DNA from: Chiloscyllium plagiosum
Lineage: Eukaryota
Assembly: GCF_004010195.1 (NCBI RefSeq)
Contig: NC_057718.1
Span: forward strand, 85,676,664-85,696,899
Reading direction: 5' to 3'
Length of the DNA: 20,236 nucleotides
In this document: in pieces, positions 1 through 8,722 of the stretch
Layout: each line of letters opens with the position of its first letter
How positions within the stretch are numbered: the first letter of the stretch is position 1
The notes under the pieces: model-generated
Told to the model about the DNA's origin: nothing
The model's database searches: none
Seen by the model: the letters and a program-made list of their open reading frames with translations, nothing else
Translations under genes and position numbers: made by a program

Positions 1-139
1 CGTACCCACAGACATTTGAATGTATCGTTCCGTGTCTGTACAAACTCCCCACTGCCTGACCCATGGACGATGCTTCAACTGGATTGGTGAAGGAGTCCTA
101 CTGTTACTTGCGCTCTCCACACAGGCTCCAAAACACAAA

Positions 140-232
140 ATGCACCCACACACACACTCATATATACACGCTCATGCAGACACACTCACTCACTCTCTCA
201 CAGACTCTCACACACACAACCACTCACACAAA
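140..232. repeat. Degenerate (CA)n/(CT)n low-complexity tract
   Basis: cacccacacacacactcatatatacacg...cacactcactcactctctcacagactctcacacacacaaccactcacac; explains the His/Thr-rich ORFs 20..295 and 63..323. Confidence 0.85.
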
Positions 233-431
233 GACTCGTGCACCACAAAATATTCCTTCAAGAGTACAAAGTTCCACAAGAGATTTGCCCAATGAAAACA
301 ATCTGCCACGCAATGGTCTGTGACAAGTCTGTAAAGAAAGGTAAACAATTTTTTTTACTGTCGACTGAAAAGTTAGGCCTGTTTCAGACCTGCTTATCCA
401 TTGGTGCCAGCAATGAGGATAAAAAAAGAAA

Positions 432-735
432 TTTTTTTTGTTCATTCACGAGGTGAGGAAAGTTACTGGCTGGCCTAGCATTTATTGCCCATCCCTAATT
501 GCTCAGAGGGCAGTTAAAAGTCAACCACGTTGCTGCGGGTCTGGAGTCACATCTAGGCCAGACCAGGTAAGGATGGCAGCTTCCTTCCCTAAAAGAGCTT
601 AGTGAGCCAGATGGACTTTTCCCCAACAATTGATAATGGTTTCATGATCATTGTTCGACTGAATTACAAATTTGTATTGAATTCAAAGTCCATCATCTGC
701 TATGGTAGGTTTTGGACCCTGGACCCCAGAACATC
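432..735 (-). mobile_element. tRNA-derived shark SINE with a LINE-derived 3' tail (5' end degraded)
   Basis: Reverse complement reads ...catctggctcactaagctcttttagggaaggaagctgccatccttacctggtctggcctagatgtgactccagacc...gcaattagggatgggcaataaatgctaggccagccag...gaatgaacaaaaaaaa. This matches a very abundant shark SINE as I recall it, and it ends in a poly-A tail (T-run 432-439). Confidence 0.8.
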
Positions 736-800
736 ATGACTCAACCATTGTTTTCCCCGATTGGAGAAGAGGCAGAGTTCTTAAGTGAGGTCAGGTGAGT

Positions 801-972
801 CTCCTCAGGGGTGAACTTCCTTCATCAAGACCTGTCTGAAACGGGAAGGGCCTGTGCCCGAAACGTCGAATCTCCTGTTCCCTGGATGCTGCCTGACCTG
901 CTGTGCTGTTCCAGCAATAAAGTTACAACTCCTCAGGGGTGAACTTCCTTCATCAAGACCTGTCTGAAACGG
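801..972 (+). repeat. Exact 44-bp direct repeat (801-844 and 929-972) flanking an 84-bp insert
   Basis: ctcctcaggggtgaacttccttcatcaagacctgtctgaaacgg occurs twice, identical; flanking bases differ on both sides. Confidence 0.97.
845..928 (+). mobile_element. Penelope-like element terminal fragment with partial hammerhead ribozyme
   Basis: gaaGGGCctgtGCCCGAAAcgtcgaatctcctgttccctggatgctgcctgacctgctgtgctgttccagcAATAAAg: 4-bp stem-loop followed by GAAAC, then the typical shark PLE terminal sequence and a polyA signal. Confidence 0.75.
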
Positions 973-1289
973 TGATGTGCATTTGTTTATCATGACCCTG
1001 ATATTCTACTGAATCCGCCAATCCAATGTGAATCTGTCACAGTTGCCTGACATGAAAGAGTGTAGATTTGGGTGAAGTGGTCAAATGAGATTCAGGGAGA
1101 GTGATAGTATTCGATTTCACTTTGATTGTTTGCATACTTAAATGACACGGTGCCGTCCTGTTATGTACTTGAGGTGAGCTGAAGAGAACCTGTGATCTTT
1201 GAATATGTATTGGCGACATTTTGATATTAATGGGGAAATCCAAACAAATTGCTTAATATGTCATTTTCCAATCAGCACCACAATTTATT

Positions 1290-1467
1290 TCCAATGTTGG
1301 AACTATATCGCTGCCTCTTCACTATCGTAGAGTCAAGATCCTGTAAAAACACCGTGGATATCCAAGAATTGCAGTGATTGAAGAAGACATCTCACCATCA
1401 GCTTCTCCAGGGCAATTGGCGATGGCCTAGCCATTGGTACCCAAATCCTATGAACAAATAATAATAA
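1290..1467 (+). mobile_element. Degraded 3' end of a CR1/L2-clade LINE (tail shared with the SINE at 432-735)
   Basis: ttggaactatatcgctgcctcttcactatcg...tgaagaagacatctcaccatcagcttctccagggcaattggcgatggc...cctatgaacaaataataataaa; tail gggcaatt(a/g)g(g/c)gatgg...tgaac.aa is homologous to the SINE tail. Confidence 0.7.
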
Positions 1468-1559
1468 ACAATCTGTTACAGAACAGCTTGTTCTGATACA
1501 TTTTATTTATTTTAATTTATGGATTGGCAATTTGGAAATGAGAACAGTAGAATTATGGA

Positions 1560-1697
1560 AATCATAGAAACCTGTGACACAGAAAGGCAGCATTTGGATT
1601 GTGCCTGTGATGATGGAAAAAGATAGCTGTGCAGCCCAATTCCACTTTCTAACTGTTGGCTTGTAGCCTGAGGAGGTTACAACTACTCTTTAAATGC
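1560..1697 (-). mobile_element. Old CR1-type LINE 3' tail
   Basis: Begins atcatagaaacctgtgacacagaaaggcagcattt, reverse complement of the CR1 tail ...tggcc...tctgtg..ttctatgat. Confidence 0.55.
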
Positions 1698-1867
1698 AGC
1701 GTTGTGTACCCAAATTAAATTATCATTAGTATGGTAATATATACCACCACTATATAATTAATGAGATGGGAAAGGTATGAGTTGAACCTGTAATTACCAT
1801 GTAATCAAAGTATATTTAAAAAAGCAAACCTACATTTAGGTAACACCTTGTGGAGCCTCAGTATACG

Positions 1868-2315
1868 TGAAAGCTCTTTACAACCAATGAATTACTTTTG
1901 GCACGTAGTCTCTGTCAGGAGGACATGCCAGGCAATTAGCAGTCAGCACCATCCCACACACAGCGACAATGTAATGATACATTAATCTGTTTATCACAGT
2001 GATGCTGGGAGGATGAATATTGCGCAGGGTGGCTGGGAGGAATGGGACTAATGATCTTTTTCACAGTGTCAGTACATATGCAATGGGCACAATGGCCTCT
2101 ATCTGTGCTGCAGGGATTCTATGAGCCACTTGCTATTCCTATTCTGGGAGCATTTACACTTTACCTGTAATGGGACCTCATGTTTAATATCACATTTAAA
2201 AGACAGGGCAATTCTTTGATCCCACACTCCCAAAAATGGCCTGGAGTGTTACTACATTTAAGGACCTATGATTGGAGCTCTAGAAGAAAACAATGTTGCT
2301 TAATCTCTGACTCAG
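1868..2315 (-). mobile_element. Degraded Deu-domain SINE (SacSINE1/AmnSINE1-like), interrupted at ~2030-2124
   Basis: aaagctctttacaaccaatgaattacttttgg...cccacacacagcgacaatgtaatgatacattaatctgttt...gatgaatattg and later gtttaatatcacatttaaaagacag...ctggagtg...tctgactcag; colinear with the copy at 4755-5075. Confidence 0.7.
2033..2124 (+). mobile_element. Short CR1-type 3' tail inserted into the Deu-SINE
   Basis: ggaatgggactaatg...atgggcacaatggcctctatctgtgctgcagggattctatga; same tail architecture as the other CR1/HE1 3' ends in the window. Confidence 0.65.
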
Positions 2316-2902
2316 TGAAACCTGAGCTGTGCATATTTCACAGCACCCATTTCTTCCTATTCTGACTCATTTTTGTTCTTTCCAACTCCAGTTTCTTCTC
2401 TCCTACACCAATATTTCTTCTGATGCCCTTCCCCACATTACTGTTTCCTGGCACTGTCTCCATTTACTGTTGATAAGCAGTCCATATACATGTCTACCCC
2501 ATCAGCTCAACCTGTGGACCCTCTGCTTATTCTGTCAACTGAGACTCAATCTGTCCCCAGCTCACCTGACATGGCTAAATTTGTTGTTCTTTGAATGAAA
2601 TCTCCTTTTGACTTCTCTCACTTTCTCCAAATAAAATAAGCCACAATGGGAATCTACATTAGTCATTGCATTAATATGGCTACCTCGAAAACACATGGCT
2701 GGAGATAACTGATTGCTCAGCTGTCCATTGCTTTGTTATCTGGAATTCATTAGGGAGCAATTGACAGAAAGCAAGGGCTGTCCCATTTCTGAAATGTACA
2801 CGCTGTTCTTGAGTTCAGAATGAAAAATATTTATTCTTCTGGAAGAGTGATTGGAAGAACTGCTCAATATTGTATTTCCTAAGTTCAATTGTTGCCTTGG
2901 GT

Positions 2903-3090
2903 GGCACATTCTCCTTGTGCCTGTGTGGGTTTCCTCCAAGTGTTCGAGTTTCCTCCCATGGTCCAAAGATGTGCAGGTTACTGGGTTGGCTGTGGGAAAT
3001 GTGGGGTTGTGGGGCAAGGGTAGCAGTCTTGGGATGATCATCAGAGGATTGGCGTAGACTCGATCTGCCAAATGGTGTCTTTCTGCACTA
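2903..3090 (+). mobile_element. 5'-truncated HE1/V-SINE
   Basis: cacattctccttgtgcctgtgtgggtttcctccaagtgttcgagtttcctcccatggtccaaagatgtgcaggtta matches the V-domain of the copies at 8398 and 10373. Confidence 0.85.
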
Positions 3091-4486
3091 AATAACAGAA
3101 CATGTGGGCTTCCAATTCTAAACATGCATGTGTGATTAGTGGCTTGAACGTACATGCCAGAGCGTCAGAGTGACAGGTTTCAGAACAATCTATGTTTTAT
3201 TCTTTTGACATCAAGAATAACCCATTGGCCAAAATGTGTGTTTTCTTCAGGAAGCTAATTTCTGCAGAAAAATCATTTTTCTGTTACTTTCCCAAAGTAA
3301 GTGCCATGATTTCATGACAGACTGGGGAAATTTAGAGGGATACATATTTATACTTCTGTTATTACTGACTGTGTCTGTTAATCAAACATCATCACAGCAA
3401 TAATTGTCTTTTTTAAGAAACCTGTTTGATAGATCTATTTTCATTTAAAACCCAATCTCGCTAAGATGTTTGGTTGCCCATTCTGACAAGTGGGAGAAGT
3501 ATTTTTGTTTTATGTTGTGATACATGGAGCAGTGGGACTAGAATGAATATTTACTCCTCGAGCCTCAGTCAAATCAGAATGTACATATCATCACAATTCT
3601 CTGGGGCAGTGTGCTGGAAATCAAGCTCCATTATTTCCGTACTCACCACAAATGTTAAAAGATAGTTCCCAATTTACCTGACTGCCAAACTAAGATGAAA
3701 AGAAAACACTTGCTACATTTCTATACTTAACAAGAAAACAGCTGTTTATGACAAACTGGTTGGCTTTAACCAATGGCAATTAAGACATAAGAATAACAAA
3801 ATTATTTCTCTATAAGTTAAACTCTACCTCTCCTTAAAACTCCTCCTTCTCAAGCAGACAGACACACAAAGACGGACAAGCTGTGGTTATTAAGGGGTGG
3901 AGACAAAAGACAAATAGGGGAACGTGATTCAATCGCACCAGCCTGTAACACATGAATTAATGCGTTGCTCTTTCCTTTGTTTCCAATTTATTTTAGAAAT
4001 TATTTGACACAATGTCATTTGCACACCAATGCTCTCTTTGACTGGTTGAGAATTCAACCTTCTTGACTTTGAAGGCGTTTTATTCCTCCTTCAGCAGGGG
4101 ATTTACAAGAGGAAAGTGGATGCAAGCTGCTATTAAAGGCTTGCTAGTATCTCCACATTGGGGAGTGGGGGTGGGGGAAGAGAGAGAGAGAGACAGTGAG
4201 AGATGTTTTGATGCATTGTGTTTGCAGGCTGTGTGGTTCTCTGCTGCGCCAGTCCCATACAAGCCATGATCACATCGTTAGGAACCAATCAGAATGTTGT
4301 TGTCAAGCAGTTTTCCCTTGGTTCTCAGAACCGATCGGCGTCTGTAGGATCTGCTTTTTACATACAACTCATAATGTACTTCATTAAACATGCAGCCATG
4401 GTTTTACACAGTCTCCTTAATTTAAAACAGTATCTTCCTCTTTCTATTCCACTGTTTAAAAACAAAGGAAGTAAAAAGATGGGGTC

Positions 4487-4721
4487 TGAAATAACTCTAC
4501 AGACGATGGTGTTTGTCACCAAGTCACTCTTTATTTACATATGGAAAATCCTGGACGCTAATACTTTCTTTTCAGAGCCAGATATCAGAGTGCCAGAATC
4601 TCTGACACTCACCCTTTTTATCTATCAGCCAGAGCTCCGTTACTGGAACAGATTTCCGGCCCCAATCAGGGAACTCTTATTCTATGAGGTCCACTTGGCT
4701 GATCTCATTGTAATCGCTACA
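4487..4721 (-). mobile_element. Solo LTR (235 bp) with 5-bp TSD GGGTC
   Basis: TG...CA termini (minus strand tgtagcgatt...gagttatttca); GGGTC at 4482-4486 and 4722-4726; AATAAA on minus strand at 4530-4535; homologous to the split LTR at 5768-7401. Confidence 0.9.
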
Positions 4722-4754
4722 GGGTCTTTACAGTATGATTGCGTAAGCAGGGAT

Positions 4755-5075
4755 GTGATGTGAGAATCACAACAGCCAATTAGCTTGCAGCAAGTTCTTA
4801 CAAACAGCAATGTGAAAATGACCAAATTACCCCGTGTGTGGCTATTATTAATGGGATAGATATTGAGCTTCACACTGAGAGATAACTCACCTGCTTTTCA
4901 CCAAAGTAATACAATGAGATCTTTTACATTCACCTGTGAGGGGAGACCTAACCTCACTTTCTACGTCTGAAAGGCCGCTCCTTAAAAAGTGCAGTAGTCC
5001 CTAAATTCCACACTGGGAGAGTTACTTACCCAGGTTTTGGAACGGAAGGTATTTGCATCGCCACTGACTCAGAAC
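4755..5075 (-). mobile_element. Deu-domain SINE (SacSINE1/AmnSINE1-like)
   Basis: cagccaattagcttgcagcaagttcttacaaacagcaatgtgaaaatgacca...gggatagatattg...atgagatcttttacattcacctgtgaggg...agtgcagtagtccct...ctgactcaga is the reverse complement of the Deu-SINE body and head. Confidence 0.8.
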
Positions 5076-5861
5076 TAACTAAGGTTGAAGTGATCGCTAA
5101 CATCAGCATTCAAATCATCTTTGAGCTGAATGAAGTGAAAATTCACATAGATGGGATAAGAATAGTTTAAAATAATTATCGCCTTTTTAAAAACTGAACT
5201 TCCCTTTGAGGCTCTCATCAGTTCCTCTGTGACATTTCATATTAATTATTTGTTAGTTGTTATAAATTGAGATAAAATGAGTCAGCGGGCAATTTATTTT
5301 GTTAATTTCATGACCATCTGTCTTCTCTTCGTTTGTTAACTGCTTATTTAGCAAAATGCAGCTGAAAGAAAATTATATTTTATTTATGACTTTTGTCCAA
5401 AAGCAAAACACAAAGTGGGCTGAAAGATGCCAGTCACATGGTGAGTACACAGCTGCAGTAGAACATTGAGATAGTAGGTTAGTTTCTTTAAAAAAAATCA
5501 CATTTAAGAATGTTTATTTGGCGATGAGATTGTAGGTGGGATGGCATGTTGGATATTGCAGACTTGTGATTCCTTGCTGCTGATGTACTCTCACCTGTGG
5601 CTTAATGCTACATTTTACCTCTTGGGGGTGAAAGGTCGTGGGAACGAGACTGTTCCAGTGACTTGTGGTTGACATTTTGAGGGCAGTACTGAGGATGCAT
5701 CACCATTGGAGATGCCGACTTTTCAACATGTTAATCCAAGACTCCCATTAGCCGTTGGGTGGCTGATTGTAGTGATTGGAATCAGGTGAATCTCGTTGAC
5801 TATGAGATCCTTGACAGAGGTTGTTAACTTGGGCCAATCAGGAAACCCCAGGCTGACCAAT

Positions 5862-6558
5862 GTAACCAGACGATTTTCCTCAGGGATCTGGGGTGGAGGG
5901 TGTTGCACGCAGCAGTCCCCTGCAACCACAGATTGTGGTGGTTCACGGACTCCCAGCCCAACTGCTTGTTCTGTGGTGCTGTGGAGTCCATGGACCATGT
6001 GTATATATTCTTTCTTTAGTTTTCTAGAGAACCTTCTCCTCTGCGTTTGGCTGCACTTCAGTCCCACATTCCTGATCTTCGGACACCCGGTGTGGAGGGG
6101 GAGGGTAGGTCAGAGGGCCTCCTCGTGGGTCTGCTCCTGGGCCTGGCCAAACTGGCCATAAGCAGGTCCAGGCAGCGGGCCGTGGAGGGGGTCGGTCAGG
6201 CCAACTGCCTGCCCCTCTTCCATGGGTATGTCAGAGCCCGGGTGTCTCTGGAGAAGGAGTATGTGGTGTCTACCAACTCCCTCGAGACTTTCAGGGAAAG
6301 GTGGGCACCTCAGGGAGTGGAGTGTATTATTTCCCCCTCCAACTCTATTTTGATTTAATTCCTGCCCTCCCCTTCACTGTTTGATCACACAGCATTCCTC
6401 TCTAAGAAGGGCACTGCTTGTCGCTTGCCATTTGGGTATTTCCTTTCTTCCTGGTGGTGGAAATTGAATAACGATTGGTACACTTGTGTCTCACATCTGC
6501 ACACACACAACATGGGTGCGGGGGAAAAATAATAAAAAAAAGAAAAAAGAGAAAACAA
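5862..6558 (+). mobile_element. Tx1/L1-clade LINE 3' fragment, copy A (ORF2 C-terminus, 3'UTR, A-rich tail)
   Basis: Frameshifted DLGWRVLHAAVPCN...CLFCGAVESMDHV and GLLLGLAKLAISRSRQRAVEG...WAPQGVECIISPSNSILI*; A-rich tail ~6526-6558. Confidence 0.85.
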
Positions 6559-7267
6559 GTAACCAGACGATTTCCCTCAGGGATCTGGGGTGGAGGGTGT
6601 TGCACGCAGCGATCCCCTGCAATCGCAGATTGCGGTGGTTCACGGACTCCCAGCCCAACTGCTTGTTCTGTGGTGCTGTGGAGTCCATGGACCATGTATA
6701 TGTTGGGTGTGAGCACTTGCACTCCCTCTTTGATTCTCTTAAAAAAATTTCTCCTCTGTTTTTGGTTGCACTTCAGTCCCACGCTCCTGATGTTTGGGCA
6801 CCCAGTGTGGAGAGGTGAGGGTAAATCAGAGGATCTCCTCATGGGTCTGCTCCTAGGTCTGGCCAAACTGGCCAAGGACAGGTCCAGGCAGTGGGCCAGG
6901 GAGGGGCTTATTATGGCCGATTGCCTGGCCCTCCTCGGCGGTCATGTTTGGGCCTAGGTGTTCCTGGAGAAAGAGCACGCAGCGTCCACCAACACCCTCG
7001 ATGCCTTTAGAGAGATTTGGGAACCGCGGGGGGGGTAGAGTGCTTTATTTCCTCCTCCGACTCTATTTTGATTTGATCCCTACCCTCTTCCTTCACTTTT
7101 TCTTTCACATCAGTATTGCCCTTATTGGGCTCCCCGGTTCCCTGGCCACGTGGGTGTTTTCCTGGTGGTGGAAATATTAAATAAAGTTTTTTGCACATGG
7201 TGCCAATACTGAGTCCTGGCACACACAACATTACTGTGCAGCAGTAGTTTGGGGATAACAGAAAAAA
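6559..7267 (+). mobile_element. Tx1/L1-clade LINE 3' fragment, copy B
   Basis: DLGWRVLHAAIPCNRRLRWFTDSQPNCLFCGAVESMDHVYVGC contains the CxxC-x7-H-x4-C zinc knuckle of L1/Tx1 ORF2; paralogous to copy A; aataaa near 7180 and short A-run ~7262-7268. Confidence 0.85.
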
Positions 7268-7699
7268 ATCTAAATGGTAGACTTAGAACCTCCTCAGTTC
7301 AGGGAGTGACACTGAGCTAGCTGGCCACAGCCAGTGTCCTGTGCATAAATAAATAAAATGTATCTTGGTGACAGGATACCAGCCTCTGTGCAGTTATTTC
7401 ACTGATAAAAGAAACCTATAGGACTATTTATATGTTATTTGATGAATGGATCTGGTATTTTGCTGCGTGAAAATTGTTGGTCATGCTTCTTATAACATAA
7501 TGTTGACTAGATTTCAAAAGGAAATTTGATCCAAACGCTAATCGAATTGTAAGTTATTTTAATTGCTAAAATATACTTTACTTATAAAAAATATCTTCAT
7601 ATGCACACACAGGCACTAAAGCAGTTCTATACAGTCTTTGCATATAAAGAGAAAATGAATATTTGAGTTTGACATTCTTTGGAGTTGAGAAACCAAATG

Positions 7700-8056
7700 C
7701 ATTTCCTACTCATTCAGGACACTATTTACTTTCATTTTGAGGCACCAGGAGGATCTGTTAACTGAATGGACCCCCATAGTACTTTCACAGAAAGACCTCA
7801 AACAGCAGTCTTGCCCCACTGTGTTTTGGTGACTGATGTCCCAAGCTTTAACGTGTCCCTTGGTATGTAGTCCTGGAACTTGAAATGTGCCTGTCTGCAA
7901 ACTTGGTTGAGGTTGACTCTCTGTGCTGGAAGACCAACAAATTTCGCACAGACCAAAGAGCGTCTTTCACCAAGTTGATGGTCCTCCAGACAAGTCGATG
8001 TTTGTCTCAGTGTGCATCCAGGAGAACAGGTCGTAGAGCAGAGTCCTGTGTCATGG
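7700..8056 (-). mobile_element. 3' end of a second Tx1-type LINE family
   Basis: Minus strand, with frameshifts: MTQDSA..LF..HTETNID..WRTINLVKDALWSVRNLLVFQ..CRQAHFKFQDYIPRDTLKLGTSVTKTQWGKTAV*, resembling fish/shark Tx1 ORF2 C-termini. Confidence 0.75.
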
Positions 8057-8397
8057 AGCTGATTGGAATGAGTAGTGATTACATTTATTTCATGCATTTT
8101 CATCTCATTAAAGCTCCACTTGCTTTAGTTACATCCCACTGACAACTCAGGGAAAGCAGACGGCACATTTCCAACTGGTAAAACAGAGCAGGTACCTAGA
8201 AATTGCAGGCCGCTCACTGCTCCTTTGGGACAATGTTCCCGAGTGTCCCTGTGGCCACGATCCTCCTCAACCTTTCTCCCATCCACATTGGTATGGTCAA
8301 GCTACCCCACTGTGTTCCTGTTCTCGGATCATCCCTGTCCACACTTCACACCTTCAACACTTGACTTTGGAGCTCTCGGTTTCCTATGACTTGCAGT

Positions 8398-8722
8398 GGA
8401 CGGTGCGGTGCACTGGCTCAGTGCTTAGCATTGTTGCCTCACAGCACCAAGGACCTGGGTTTGATGCCAACCTCGGGTAACTGTCTGTGTGGAGTTTGTA
8501 CATTCTCCCGGTGTCTGTGTGGGTTCCCTCCGGGTGCTCCAGTTTCCTCCCACAGTCCAAGGATGTGCAGGCCAGGTGAATTGGTCATGTTAAATTGTCC
8601 ATAGTGTTACGTGTGTTAGTCAGGGGTAAATATAGGGTAGGGGAATGGGTCTGGGTGGTTACTCTTCAGAGGGTTGGTATGGGCTTGTTGGGCTGTTCCC
8701 ATACTGTAGGGAATCTAACCTA
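8398..8722 (+). mobile_element. Full-length HE1/V-SINE
   Basis: A-box tggctcagtgc, B-box-like gggtttgatgcc, V-domain gggttccctccgggtgctccagtttcctcccacagtccaaggatgtgcagg, tail ctgtagggaatctaacctaa. Confidence 0.92.

Larger units (their letters stand above)
5768..7401 (+). mobile_element. Solo LTR split by Tx1 insertions (5' part 5768-~5870, 3' part ~7268-7401), TSD CTGAT
   Basis: Starts tgtagtgattg, ends aataaaatgtatcttggtgacaggataccagcctctgtgcagttatttca; both ends homologous to the LTR at 4487-4721; CTGAT at 5763-5767 and 7402-7406. Confidence 0.88.
5597..7425 (+). mobile_element. Deu-domain SINE 5' half (5597-5762, resuming briefly at ~7407-7425), split by an LTR insertion
   Basis: aaggtcgtggg...ccagtgacttg...gcagtactgaggatgcatcaccattggagatgccgacttttc...gttaatccaagactccc...gggtgg | aaaagaaacctataggactattt, colinear with the SINE consensus ...caggtggacgtaaaagatcccatggcactattt. 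Confidence 0.65.

Noticed and set aside
20..323. His/Thr-rich plus-strand ORFs
   Set aside because: Translation artefacts of the CA-rich tract
2325..2630. Pyrimidine-rich tract as a degraded Penelope 3' region
   Set aside because: Only compositional resemblance; no diagnostic motif preserved
4218..4763. Longest ORF (181 aa) as a gene
   Set aside because: Non-ATG start, reads straight through an antisense solo LTR with TSDs, no recognisable domain
6486..6818. Zinc-finger protein gene
   Set aside because: The CCHC motif is the C-terminal knuckle of Tx1 ORF2; the ORF start lies in the neighbouring element's 3'UTR and poly-A
8398..8480. tRNA genes at SINE heads (also ~10373 and ~16055)
   Set aside because: A/B boxes continue directly into SINE bodies; no complete cloverleaf
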